Source of the DNA: Armatimonadota bacterium
GTDB taxonomy: Bacteria > Armatimonadota > SYMT01
Assembly (NCBI GenBank): GCA_041690135.1
Contig: JAWLHY010000003.1
Span: 832,001-896,000, forward strand
Length of the DNA: 64,000 nt
Direction: 5' to 3'
This document shows, piece by piece, positions 27,646-37,769 of the stretch. The notes beneath the pieces are model-generated. The model ran no database searches. It was not told where the DNA came from and worked only from the letters and a program-made list of their open reading frames with translations. The translations under genes and the position numbers were made by a program. The stretch's first letter is position 1. Each line of letters opens with the position of its first letter.

Positions 27646-30333
27646 CTACGGCCGCAGGACGGCTACGGCGCAGTCGGCGCCGCGGAGGACGGTGGCGATG
27701 GCGGAACCGAGGAAGAGGCGGCGGGTGGGGCGGATGCTCCCGCCCATGACGATGAGGTCCACGCCGCGCTCCTGGGCTACGCGGACGATCTCGGGGCCGG
27801 CGCGGTCGCCGCGGGCGAGTAGGGTTTCCGCGGGCACGTGATAAGCCTCGGCCAGGCTGCGGACCTGTTCCAGTAGGTCCTGCCCCGCCTCCCGAGCCCG
27901 TTGCTCGTAATCGGTTAGCCAGAAGAGCGCCTCGTCGTATTCCTCGTAGACATATACGGCGGTGAGGCGGGCGCCCGTGGCGCGGGCGACGGCAACCGCC
28001 AGTTCGGCGGCCTGGATGGATTGGGCGGCGGCGGAGACCGGTACGAGGACGTGTTGGGGTCGGGACCATTCCGCCGTGCGGGGCGCCCGTACCACGAGCA
28101 AGGGGTGCGACAGTTCGCGAGCAATCTCGTCCACGAAGGCTCCGAAGACGGCATCGCCCGTTCCCGCATCCGGGCTGCAGCCCAGCGCCACCAGATCGAA
28201 GCCCCGCCGGGCTTCCGTGAGGATGGTCCGGATGGCGAGCTCGGGAGGGGACCCCTCGCCTTCGGGAGTGACGATCGATGGGTGGAAGGCCGCCTGTTCG
28301 CCGCGCAGGTGCTGCTTGAGGGACGCCAGGGCGGAGGTGCCGTTGCCGTTGCCGTCGCCGCGGGCCCGCACGTAGAGGCCGGTCACCTCCACCGGCTGCT
28401 GCCCGGCGACGGCATCAATCACCTCGGCGGCGATGGCGGCGTCGCTGCCGCCGCGGGAGGGCAGCAGCACCCGCTGGATGCGACCGAGGAAACTGCGCTG
28501 GCGGAGGGACTCCTGGCGGAGGCGCGCTTCTTCTGCGGCTTCCGGCTGCACCTGCCGGAGCGACCAGCGGAGGAGGGGCGGCGTCACCGCGGTGGTGAGC
28601 ACCGCCATCACGATGATCATGGAGAACATGTCGACGGTGAGGATACCCAGCGAGAAGCCGATGATCCCCACGATCAGCCCCATGGCCCCGCGGGCATTGG
28701 TGCCGAACCCCACGCTAAGGGCCTCCCAGTGTTTCACCTGGGCGAGGCGCGCCCCCCAGTAACAGCCGGCGATCTTACCCAAGGCGGCGGCCCCAGTCAG
28801 GAGCGCGGCCATGCCGAGCAGCGGCGGCGAGGCGAGGACGCCCAGGTTGACGTGAAGGCCCGCCGCCGCGAAGAAGATCGGGGCGAAGATGGCGCTGGTG
28901 ACCGTCTCCACCGGGTGCAGCACCCGCTCGTTGATGACCGGAGACTCGCGGAGCAGGATACCGGCCACAAACGCCCCGAGCACGGCGTGGACGCCGATGA
29001 ACTGGGTGGCGGCGGCACTGAGCAACATCAACACAATGACGGCGGTCAGCAGCGCGTGCTCCACCCGCAGGCGGTCGTTAACCCACCGCAGGAGACGGCG
29101 GACCAGCAGGCGCCCCAGGGTGGCGGAGAAGACCAGGAACAACAGCGTGCCGAGGATGGTCTTCCCGGCGTGCCCGGCATCCACGTGGCCGCCCCCGGCG
29201 AGACTGGCGACCACCCCCAGGATGATCCAGCCGAGGGTATCGTGGGCCAGGGCGGCGGCCAGGATCAACTGGCCGACGTTCCGCCGGAGGAGCTGCATAT
29301 CCAGCAGGATCTTGGCGATCACCGGCACGGAGGAGACGGAGAGTACGGTGCCGAGGAAGAGCGCCAGCACCAGCCGGGAATCGGGCGTGGTCAGGAGCGT
29401 GGGCGGGAGCAGGAAGCCCAGGCCCGCGCCCAGCGCGAAGGGGACCAGCACCCCGGAGATCGCGATGAAGAGCGTGGGCCGGCCCTGCTGGCGGATCAGG
29501 GCGATATCCGTTTCCAACCCCGTGAGCATCAGCAGGAACAACACGCCGATCCAGGAGACCACCTCCAGCAGGTACGACTGGGTGGTCTCCACGGGGAACA
29601 CCAGCGCCTTGAGCTCGGGAAGGACCATCCCCAGGAACGACTGTCCCAGCAGGATGCCGGCCAGCAGTTGCCCAATCACCGGAGGCTGTCCCAGGCGCAG
29701 CGCGAGCTCGCCGCAGAGGCGCGCGACGAGCAGTAACACGGCGACCTGGATGATGAGTAGCAGGACGCGGTGCTCGCTCAGGGTCTTGACGCTGAGGGTC
29801 TGCTGCTGCCGCGTGTAGAGCGGTTTTAGCTGGGTGAGATTGGCGCGCAGGGTGGTGGCCCATTCCTCCGCCAGTTGCTCGGGGGTGGTGTCTTCTGCCT
29901 CGGCGTCCGCCGTCGTGACTTCCACCACCCGGAAGTCTCCCAGCACCACCCCGGGGCTGCCGTCGGAAAAGGTGCGAACGGAAAGTTGATGGGGGTCCAG
30001 CCCCGGTTCGTGGAGGATCCGCTCGATCCGCCGGTTGACCAGGAAGGCACGCTCGTCCGCCGTGATGGAGCCAATCCGCCCGTAGAGCAGAAACAGGCTG
30101 CGCGTGCCGGCCCGCACCTCGGCGGCATCCAATGGCGCTTGCGAGGCGCGTGGAGGTTCCTGGGCCGCGGTGGGGGCGATCAGGCCGACAGGCAGGAGGA
30201 GGCACACCAGTAAGATCAGCGACGCGAGACCGCTACGGTAGGCGACCAGGAACCGGCACCAATGGCCTACTGCTGTATTCCTCACCTGGTTGGTCAAGAA
30301 GGGATGGCGGTCCAAAGGTTCTCCGGTTCCCAT
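27646..30333 (-). CDS. CPA2 cation:proton antiporter with an N-terminal extracytoplasmic domain and two C-terminal USP domains
   Basis: LGQPPVIGQLLAGILLG, GLETD, SSVPVIAKIL, HAVLGAFVAG, NARGAM; USP motifs VLVPV and DLIVMG...FLGS; start codon uncertain. Confidence 0.88.
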   Translation of the reverse strand: MGTGEPLDRHPFLTNQVRNTAVGHWCRFLVAYRSGLASLILLVCLLLPVGLIAPTAAQEPPRASQAPLDAAEVRAGTRSLFLLYGRIGSITADERAFLVNRRIERILHEPGLDPHQLSVRTFSDGSPGVVLGDFRVVEVTTADAEAEDTTPEQLAEEWATTLRANLTQLKPLYTRQQQTLSVKTLSEHRVLLLIIQVAVLLLVARLCGELALRLGQPPVIGQLLAGILLGQSFLGMVLPELKALVFPVETTQSYLLEVVSWIGVLFLLMLTGLETDIALIRQQGRPTLFIAISGVLVPFALGAGLGFLLPPTLLTTPDSRLVLALFLGTVLSVSSVPVIAKILLDMQLLRRNVGQLILAAALAHDTLGWIILGVVASLAGGGHVDAGHAGKTILGTLLFLVFSATLGRLLVRRLLRWVNDRLRVEHALLTAVIVLMLLSAAATQFIGVHAVLGAFVAGILLRESPVINERVLHPVETVTSAIFAPIFFAAAGLHVNLGVLASPPLLGMAALLTGAAALGKIAGCYWGARLAQVKHWEALSVGFGTNARGAMGLIVGIIGFSLGILTVDMFSMIIVMAVLTTAVTPPLLRWSLRQVQPEAAEEARLRQESLRQRSFLGRIQRVLLPSRGGSDAAIAAEVIDAVAGQQPVEVTGLYVRARGDGNGNGTSALASLKQHLRGEQAAFHPSIVTPEGEGSPPELAIRTILTEARRGFDLVALGCSPDAGTGDAVFGAFVDEIARELSHPLLVVRAPRTAEWSRPQHVLVPVSAAAQSIQAAELAVAVARATGARLTAVYVYEEYDEALFWLTDYEQRAREAGQDLLEQVRSLAEAYHVPAETLLARGDRAGPEIVRVAQERGVDLIVMGGSIRPTRRLFLGSAIATVLRGADCAVAVLRP

Positions 30334-30392
30334 TCGGCGGCACGGACGGAATCCCATGGGGCGCAACGGGTGTGCGTACAGGACGTCCTCTA

Positions 30393-30537
30393 CGGGGTCT
30401 CTGCAAATTACTGAGCAGGTACGGATTCCCAGAAGGAGGCCGCGCAAGCGCCGTCACTCCGGCAAGAATCGCTGACCTGCATTGAGAAACATGCTCGTGC
30501 CGAGTGGCCAAGACTGTTCAGATACTTCCCCAACCCA
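30393..30537. mobile_element. MITE copy 2 (lacks the internal hairpin insert)
   Basis: ACTGAGCAGGTACGG...GCGCCGTCACTCCGGCAAG...CTGTTCAGATACTTCCCCAACCC, homologous to copies 1 and 3. Confidence 0.65.
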
Positions 30538-30572
30538 TTGTTGCAGTGCGGGTGCGAGGGCCTGATCCTGGT

Positions 30573-30728
30573 CGGGGACTGCCCTAACTCCGCCGGGTGT
30601 ACGCCCCGACCCTACCGTCCGCACTGCGACTGCCGCGATGGAGTACAGGTGTGGGAGCACGAACCTGGTTGGGGACTGTCCTATGCCCAGATGCCCTATG
30701 CCCCGCCGGGTGTACGCCCCGAACCTAC
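30573..30728 (-). repeat. Two GTAG-type REP-like repeats
   Basis: CCGCCGGGTGTACGCCCCGA(C/A)CCTAC at ~30590 and ~30703, each preceded by GGGGACTG(C/T)CCTA. Confidence 0.55.
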
Positions 30729-30824
30729 ATTAACAGGTGCGGGCCCAAAGGTCATCCCATTTGCCAGGTGTTATTCCCCTGTTCCCCCACGGCGGGACAG
30801 GGGAATAACCAGGACGAGGGGGAG

Positions 30825-33812
30825 TTAGCTCGTGCCCGGTCGCTCGGAAGCTCCTGAGGCACCCGTTCCACCATTGGGAGCGGCTACCGCCACGGGGGCC
30901 TCGTGGGCGTGGCCGTTCTTGCCGTTGCCGCTCATGGCGTGGATCAGGCGGTCCCACGGGATGCCGGAGCGGAGATGGAGGTCGCGCTGCGGAAACGGAA
31001 TCTCGATGTCCCGCTCGCCGAACGCCCGGAAGAGCTGGTGGAGGAGCTGGCTGGTTACGCGCGGTCGCACGCTCGTGCGCAGGTCGGTCCAGACCAGCAG
31101 GTCGAACTCCAGGGCGTTGTCCCCCATGTTTTTGAACCAGACTTCCGGCGCCGGCTCGGGCAGCACATCCGGGTGCGCCCGCGCCACGGCCAGGGCCGCT
31201 TCTTCCACGGCCGTCGGGTCCGCGGAATAGGCCACGCCGAAGGGGACCTTGCTGCGCACCACGCTGGTCCCGTGGGTCCAGTTGATCAGCGTGTCTTCCA
31301 GCAGCTTGGAGTTGGGGATGAGGAGATCCAGGTTGTCGCCGGTCGTAACGGTGGTGGCTCGCAGGTTCACCTCCCGCACGATGCCGGTCTGGTCGCCCAC
31401 GGTGATCAGGTCGCCCTGGCGCACCTGCCGGCTGGTGAGCAGGATCAGGCCGCTGGCGAGATTGTTGGCGATGTTCTGAAGGCCGAAGCCAAGGCCCACG
31501 CTGAGGCCGCCCGCGACCAGGGCCAGGCTGGTGGGAGAAAGCCCCAGGTTGTTCAGCACCAGCAGCACGATCGCGGCCACGATGGCGTAGTGGAGCAGCC
31601 GGTTGAGCGCATACGCTTCTCCCGCCCCGATCCCCATCCGCGGGTAGACGTGGAAGCTGAGGGCCGACTGGAGCCAGCGGGACACCAGGAGGAGGAAGGC
31701 GCCGAGGAGCAGGCTGAGCCAGATGCCGTTCCCCGTGACCCGGAGGCTTCCCGCTTCGATCCACGGCTGCTCGCGCAGGTGCAGCCAGGGCTCCCACAGG
31801 TCGAGGACCTTGAGGCTGAAGGCGTAGACGAAGACTAGGACGACGAACGCGGCGAGCCGGTGCAGCGAGCTGAGCAACTGCTCCCGCTCCGCGGCCCTCT
31901 CGGGGTGGGGCGGAATGGAGCGGTCGGCGAGGCGGTAGAGGGTGTGGAACAGGCCGAAGCCGATGAGCCAGATGGCCACCAGGGCCCAACTCCGGGCCAG
32001 GAACACGGCCGCCAGGTTGCGATATCCGACCACCCAGAGCAGGGCGACGAGGATCGAAAAGTAGATGAGCGGCTTATACAGCGCGGAGGCGACGCGCAGG
32101 AAGCGCTGGTAGGCCGGGTTCTCGTAGGTCGGTAGAAGAGAGAGCACCAGCTGCTTGCGCAGCAGGATGGAAGCCGCCATCAACACCAGGACCAGATGCC
32201 CCGCGGCCACCCAGAGGGCCACCACGTCCGGCCGGTAAGCCAGGAACTCCATGGTCATCCAGCCGGCGGCCCAGTAGGCGGTGAACAGCAGCATCCGGTG
32301 GAAGGGGCGCTGCAGCCGCTCGGCATTCTCTGCGGCTTCCGCTGTCGCTTCCGTACTTGCGGTAGAGCCGTTGGCCCCGGCGGCTTCCGTCGTTTCCTCG
32401 GTTGCGCCTTCTGCCGTTTCTCCCGCGGCAGCTCCTGCATCGGGCGCGACGACAGGCTTTAACTCCAGGTGTGCGGGCAGCAGCCGGTCCAGGAGCCGAT
32501 AGGCAATCCAGATGGCGAGCAGGCCCTGTACCAGGATAAAGCCGGGGGAGGTGGTCCCGGCGAACAGTCCCCCCAACGACCACACGATCAGGATCAACAG
32601 CGGGACCGCGACGTAGTGGCCGAGCCGGACCAACCAGGGACCCATGGGTAGCCGTTCGGAGCGGAGCTCCGCGTGCTTCCAGAATGCCCTCCAGCGCTCG
32701 GGTTGGGCTCGTTCGAGAATCGCCCCACCCACGAGCAGCAGTCCCAGCGCCAGTAATCCCAGCCAGAGCCCCCAGCCCGCCCCGGTCACCCCGTCCAGGG
32801 CCGCGTGGGGCTGGCGCGAAAACTGGCGAAGCTGGGTGGTAGCGTCCTGGTAGGCCTGTCCGGGAGTGGTCTGGTCGAAACCGAGCGGGCTGCGCTCGAA
32901 CAAGTTTCTCCAGGTCGCCAGCACGGCCCGGGCCGTCAAGGGTGCGGGCGCGGGGCTGCGCTCGGCGGCCCCGCCGCCAGATTGCGAGCCGCTTTTCGGC
33001 GCGGCTGCGGCGGTGTTGCGACCGGACCCACCGGCACGAGGAGTCGCGGAACCGGTGGGAGCCGTGGTTCTGGCACCCGATGCGGAGCCTTCGGTGCGAT
33101 TGGATCCGGCCGGTGAGCCGGCTTCCGCACCCACCGCGCCCGCGGTGGCCGTTTCCCCCGCATCTCGCCCGTTTCCGGTCGGGCTGTTTCCGGCCGGAAG
33201 CGCGCCGGCTTCTTCGGCTGCGACTCCCGCGGACCCGGCTGCCCCCGCCGCTCCCGCACCCTCGGACGTCCCCGGCGCTTCGCCCGGTGCTCCGGGAGTA
33301 TTCTCGGAGGCGGCCGGCGGCTGGTTCTCGCCAGGAGAGCCCGCACCCGGGTTGGGCACGCCCGCAGCGGACCCCGCGGGGGCAGCCGGGGCACCGTTCT
33401 GTGGATCGGCGGGAGGGCGCGAGCCCGGGGTACCGGGTTCGGAAGGGCCGGGACCGGCGGCCGCCTTCTGAAGGGAAGGGGACCCGGATTTGCCGGTCGC
33501 CGGTGCCTCCGATTTCGCGCGCGTGTCGTCCGGCGCGGTTGTCTCCCGCTGGCCGCTCCCCTCTGCCCGGTTTCGGGGACCGGCACCTTCCCCCCGGCTC
33601 CGGGGACCGGCACCTTCTCCCCGACCCCGGCGACCCTCGCGGTTGCCCGTGCGCTTCGGGGTCTCCGCGGGGGCGCCGACCTCTGATCCGGCGGGAGCCG
33701 TTCCGGTGACCGCTGGCGCGGGCGCCTGGGCGAACGCGGCCGGAAAAGTGGCGGAGAGCGGGCCGGCCAGGAAGGCCGCGCAGAGAATTAACAGGCGGAG
33801 GGACGAGCGCAT
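30825..33812 (-). CDS. mscS: Large MscS-family mechanosensitive channel with a long Ala/Gly/Pro-rich N-terminus
   Basis: GGLSVGLGFGLQNIANNLASGLILL, GIVREVNLRATTVTT, IPNS, INWT, FGVAY, IEIPFPQRDLHL. Confidence 0.92.
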   Translation of the reverse strand: MRSSLRLLILCAAFLAGPLSATFPAAFAQAPAPAVTGTAPAGSEVGAPAETPKRTGNREGRRGRGEGAGPRSRGEGAGPRNRAEGSGQRETTAPDDTRAKSEAPATGKSGSPSLQKAAAGPGPSEPGTPGSRPPADPQNGAPAAPAGSAAGVPNPGAGSPGENQPPAASENTPGAPGEAPGTSEGAGAAGAAGSAGVAAEEAGALPAGNSPTGNGRDAGETATAGAVGAEAGSPAGSNRTEGSASGARTTAPTGSATPRAGGSGRNTAAAAPKSGSQSGGGAAERSPAPAPLTARAVLATWRNLFERSPLGFDQTTPGQAYQDATTQLRQFSRQPHAALDGVTGAGWGLWLGLLALGLLLVGGAILERAQPERWRAFWKHAELRSERLPMGPWLVRLGHYVAVPLLILIVWSLGGLFAGTTSPGFILVQGLLAIWIAYRLLDRLLPAHLELKPVVAPDAGAAAGETAEGATEETTEAAGANGSTASTEATAEAAENAERLQRPFHRMLLFTAYWAAGWMTMEFLAYRPDVVALWVAAGHLVLVLMAASILLRKQLVLSLLPTYENPAYQRFLRVASALYKPLIYFSILVALLWVVGYRNLAAVFLARSWALVAIWLIGFGLFHTLYRLADRSIPPHPERAAEREQLLSSLHRLAAFVVLVFVYAFSLKVLDLWEPWLHLREQPWIEAGSLRVTGNGIWLSLLLGAFLLLVSRWLQSALSFHVYPRMGIGAGEAYALNRLLHYAIVAAIVLLVLNNLGLSPTSLALVAGGLSVGLGFGLQNIANNLASGLILLTSRQVRQGDLITVGDQTGIVREVNLRATTVTTGDNLDLLIPNSKLLEDTLINWTHGTSVVRSKVPFGVAYSADPTAVEEAALAVARAHPDVLPEPAPEVWFKNMGDNALEFDLLVWTDLRTSVRPRVTSQLLHQLFRAFGERDIEIPFPQRDLHLRSGIPWDRLIHAMSGNGKNGHAHEAPVAVAAPNGGTGASGASERPGTS

Positions 33813-33840
33813 AGGTTTTCGTATGTAAGGAGCGCGCTAC

Positions 33841-34012
33841 AGGGAGTGTGGAAGAAACTGAGTAGGTACGATGAACCCAAAGGGAGGCCGACACCCCACC
33901 CACTGCGTGGGTACCCGGCGCCGTCACTCCGGCAAGCCTCGCTGACCTGCGTGAAGAAACAGGTTCCCGCCGAGCAGTCAAGAACTGTTCAGATCCTTCC
34001 CCCAATCCCCTA
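33841..34012. mobile_element. MITE copy 3
   Basis: Homologous to 24022-24188; ends AGGGAGTGTGG...CCAATCCCCT. Confidence 0.65.
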
Positions 34013-34222
34013 GGCGGATACATGGGCAGAGACGGTGCGACTCCGAGCCCTCTCCGGAGCTCTCACTGCCTGGGTAGAGTCTACACCGTCTCTGGAACGA
34101 TTCGGATCTGGAACCGTCCGCATCCGCTAAGGTTTCGGAAAGCGGGTTCGGAGTGGACGCGGCCTTTTCGGGCAAAGCAAGATTGCCTGCGGCAACGCCC
34201 CCTGGTAAACGATACGAATCTT

Positions 34223-34642
34223 CTACTCTTTTTTGCGCCGGCCGAAGGCGGCGGGGGATTTCCGGCCGAAACGCGCCTTTTTGCGGAGTTGCTCCATCCG
34301 CTGGACGTCCTTGTCGGTTCCGTCCTGCCGGATGACTTCGATCGCGGCGGCATTGCTGGAGTCGAGCGCAATGAGACCCCAGGCACTGGCCATGCGCTCT
34401 TCGTGATCGTCCGACTCCAGGTGTTCGGCCCAGTACCTCCGGCACATCCGGTTGTAGGCCTCCACGGCTTCAGAGAAGGAGTCGCTCCGCAACTCGACTT
34501 CCCCATCCTTCAACAAGTAGAAGTGGCCATCGTCCGGCACGGCCTCGGTGTTGGCTTCCAACGAGAAGTCGGCGCCTTCAATCTGGCGCCGGTAGCGGGT
34601 TTGGGGCGCCAGTTCGGACGTGGTCGTTTGCATCGTATCCAT
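34223..34642 (-). CDS. Hypothetical protein
   Basis: ORF with GGAGG RBS before MDTMQ, host-like codon usage. Confidence 0.7.
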   Translation of the reverse strand: MDTMQTTTSELAPQTRYRRQIEGADFSLEANTEAVPDDGHFYLLKDGEVELRSDSFSEAVEAYNRMCRRYWAEHLESDDHEERMASAWGLIALDSSNAAAIEVIRQDGTDKDVQRMEQLRKKARFGRKSPAAFGRRKKE

Positions 34643-34829
34643 ACCTCCCAGGGGCATCTTACCGGTCGAGGCGACCGATGTCGGGCGCCGGGTGTGACCC
34701 GGCTCACACGCCGGCCGGCCGGTGGCGCCCTAGCGGGAAAGGGAATCCAAAAAGAACCCCGCCCCCGGTAGTGGGGAACGGGGCAGGAAGGGACCTCAGG
34801 AGGGTCAGGAGGTCAGGAGGATCCGAACG

Positions 34830-35228
34830 TCAGGAAGGGCGCACCTGTCCGGCACGCGCTTCCTCCAGGCTGGCGTAGGCCCGCAGGCATTGCCCCAGCC
34901 GCAGCAAGTTGAAAATTCGTTCTACCGGACTGCCTGGTTGCAGCACCAGCCGCAGTTCCCGGTTGGCAGTCTGCAATTCGCGTGACAACCGGAGGAGAGC
35001 CCGTACCCCGTCGCTATCCAGAAACTCGGCGGCACTCAGGTCCAGCACGACACAGCGGCAATTCAGGCTCAGGCGCTGGATACGCTCCGCGAGTTGCTCC
35101 GCTCCGTTAAGGTCGAGAGGCTCGGTGACACAGAGGAGCCCCAGGTGCCCCGATCCGGTGGGGCAGAGGGCATTGGCCACGGGCGCCGCGCTGTTGGAAG
35201 CGGCGGCATCGAGAGTTGTAAAAGACAT
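34830..35228 (-). CDS. STAS domain anti-sigma-factor antagonist
   Basis: VVLDLSAAEFLDSDGVRALL, VERIFNLLRL, YASLEEA. Confidence 0.85.
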   Translation of the reverse strand: MSFTTLDAAASNSAAPVANALCPTGSGHLGLLCVTEPLDLNGAEQLAERIQRLSLNCRCVVLDLSAAEFLDSDGVRALLRLSRELQTANRELRLVLQPGSPVERIFNLLRLGQCLRAYASLEEARAGQVRPS

Positions 35229-35595
35229 CAACATCTCCCTGCAAAAGACAAGAGCCCGGGACGGCCTGCAACAATAAAAGCCACGCAGTTGCGTGGCTCT
35301 CCGGGTCACAGGAACGACGGCCGCCTTCCTCGGCAGCCTTGCGGGATCCTGCGTACTCTTCGCGCCACGCCGACGAGGTTAGCTGACGGGCTCGGGCCGG
35401 AAGAGTCTGGCCCGTTCCAGGCAAGCCTGGAATTCGCCCCAACGACTTGGGTCCCCCGTTCCCCCAGTGGGATTAGGCGTTCTGTTATGGGGTCTCCGGG
35501 CGTTTTCACTTCATGCGACGCCCGGCTTGTCCCTACGTTATAAGTCTACCCTCCCCGGTTGTACACCGGTTCCCCCTTCGTGACTCCCGTCACAA

Positions 35596-35991
35596 CTAGG
35601 ACGCATTCGGCACGCGAGCCGGGCGGGCAGAAAGGACTTTTTCCACGTGCCGCAGCACATCGGCCGTGGCGTACGGTTTGGTGAAGAAGCCGGCCAGATT
35701 GAACTGGCGAGCCTGATCGAAGTCCTCGCGAGCGCTTTTGGCGGTAAAGATTACGATCGGGATGCCGCGCAGGTCGGGATTCTCGGCCATGAAGCGGCAC
35801 ACGGCCCAACCATCCGCCCTCGGCATCATGATATCCAGCAGGAGCAAATCCGGCGATTCTTGCTGGATCGCCTCGATGGCCTCTTGCCCGTCGAACGCCT
35901 GCCGCACGCGATAACCGGCACGCGTGAGGTTGTACTGGAGAATTTCGTTCAACTCCTCATCATCTTCCACGACCATGATGGTAGCGGGCAT
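35596..35991 (-). CDS. Single-domain response regulator
   Basis: IMVVEDD, PDLLLLDIMMP, IPIVIFTAK, FFTKPY. Confidence 0.93.
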   Translation of the reverse strand: MPATIMVVEDDEELNEILQYNLTRAGYRVRQAFDGQEAIEAIQQESPDLLLLDIMMPRADGWAVCRFMAENPDLRGIPIVIFTAKSAREDFDQARQFNLAGFFTKPYATADVLRHVEKVLSARPARVPNAS

Positions 35992-36119
35992 GGCTTACTC
36001 CCTGTCATTCCGTTGTCTGCTTGAAGGTGATACGTTCTGCCGGTTGGGGAAGGTTTGCCCTGGATTTCCCCGAGGTGAAACCCGAACTTTCCAGCCCACT
36101 CTTCCCGGTAGGTAGCTCC

Positions 36120-37637
36120 TTATGCGAGAGTTTTCGAGAGCTTCTTCTCTTCTTCGCGAGACGGCTCCGGGCTTGCTCCCGGTGGCATGGCTCCCGTTGT
36201 TGATTGTTTCAGAGGCAACCGCAGGACGAACCGGGTACCGCGATCGATCTCGCTCTCCACGTGAATCGTCCCCTGGTGGGCTTTAATAATTTGCTCCACG
36301 ATGGAAAGCCCCAGTCCGGTTCCCCCGCCGCTGCGAGAACGCGACGCATCCACCCGGTAGAAGCGCTCGAAGAGGTGGGGTAGGTGGTCGGCGGGGATCC
36401 CTTCGCCGGTATCTTCCACCACGGCTTCCAGGCCCTGGGCGACTCCGTGGATCGATGCGGACACGGATCCCCCGCGGGGAGTGTGGCGCACGGCGTTATC
36501 GATCAGGTTGATGAACACTTGCTCCAGGCGGTCCCGATCTCCCTCCAACAGGGGCAGGCCCGGTTCCACCCGGACCACGAGGTCCACGCCCCGTTCGGCA
36601 GCCCCATTCGCGCAGGTCTGCGTGACTTCCGAAAGCACGGCTCCCAGATCCACCGGGGCAAACCGGCTGACGAGGTTACCGCTCTCGATCTGCGCGAGGT
36701 CGAGCAATTGGGTCGCCAGGCGCGCCAGTCGTTCCGTCTGGGAGATGATCCGCGGCAGGTAGCGGCGGCGCAGCTCCGGGTCCGCTTCCCCGTGCTGCTG
36801 GATGGTTTCGGCCATGCCCCGGATGGCGGCCAGGGGCGTGCGAAGCTCGTGCGAGACGTTGGAGACGTATTGGCGGCGGAGGCCTTCCAGCATCTGCAGG
36901 CGCTCGGCCATCCGATTCAGGGTGTTCCCCAGGTGGGTGATCTCGTCCGTGCCCTGCACTTTCACCCGGTGGGAGAGGTTCCCCGCCGCCAGTTCCTGGG
37001 CGCTCTCGTCGAGTTGCTCCACCGGGCTCACGATGGTGCCGGCCAGCCAGACCGTTATCAGAACAATCAGAACCGCGTAACCGAGGACGCTGAGCATGAA
37101 CGTGAGCCGGATCCGTCCCACGTTCTGCTGGATCTGGGCCAGGCTGTACGCCACCCGCACGACGCCGAGTACGGGGCCGTCCTCGGTATCCCGCACCGGG
37201 TAATTGACGTACATCGTGTCTTCGTAGCCGAAGTTCGGGCTCTTCCAGGTGGTGGAGTTCATCTGGCCGAGGAGAGCCTCCCGCATGCCGGGGCGCTTTT
37301 CGTCGTCCACGGTTTCGTTCACCTGGTCCGTGAAGGTGGCGGCCCGGATGCGGCCGGTACCGTCCGCGACGGTGACGCGCATATCGGAGTACTGCCGCCA
37401 GCCATCCACAATGCGGCGAAGGGCCGCCGGATCATCGGGGGTGGTGGGGGAAAGGGTCGGGGCCACGGCGTGGGCCACGACCTTCGCCTTTGACTCCAGC
37501 TCCTTACGAAGTTCCTCGGTGTAAAACCCCCACAACCGGGAAGCGAGGACCGAGGCAAACAGGATGAGGGGGATACCGACGGCCACCAGACTGCCGACGA
37601 TCAATCTCCAGCGGATAGTGTGCAGCACAGCGCGCAA
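36120..37637 (-). CDS. Membrane sensor histidine kinase (HAMP-HisKA-HATPase)
   Basis: Two TM helices, HAMP domain, NVSHELRTPL, NLIDNA, DTGEGI, FERFYRVD, GGTGLGL. Confidence 0.95.
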   Translation of the reverse strand: MRAVLHTIRWRLIVGSLVAVGIPLILFASVLASRLWGFYTEELRKELESKAKVVAHAVAPTLSPTTPDDPAALRRIVDGWRQYSDMRVTVADGTGRIRAATFTDQVNETVDDEKRPGMREALLGQMNSTTWKSPNFGYEDTMYVNYPVRDTEDGPVLGVVRVAYSLAQIQQNVGRIRLTFMLSVLGYAVLIVLITVWLAGTIVSPVEQLDESAQELAAGNLSHRVKVQGTDEITHLGNTLNRMAERLQMLEGLRRQYVSNVSHELRTPLAAIRGMAETIQQHGEADPELRRRYLPRIISQTERLARLATQLLDLAQIESGNLVSRFAPVDLGAVLSEVTQTCANGAAERGVDLVVRVEPGLPLLEGDRDRLEQVFINLIDNAVRHTPRGGSVSASIHGVAQGLEAVVEDTGEGIPADHLPHLFERFYRVDASRSRSGGGTGLGLSIVEQIIKAHQGTIHVESEIDRGTRFVLRLPLKQSTTGAMPPGASPEPSREEEKKLSKTLA

Positions 37638-37769
37638 GGTTTAGCTCGATAAGTATGTGGAGCGACCGGCAATGGTGAACCGGACGGTGGGAGCGCGGCG
37701 CCCGGCCGACGCGCATGCCGGGGCCTACAGGGTTTTCCTACGGTACAAGCGTACATAAACGTGAAAAAA

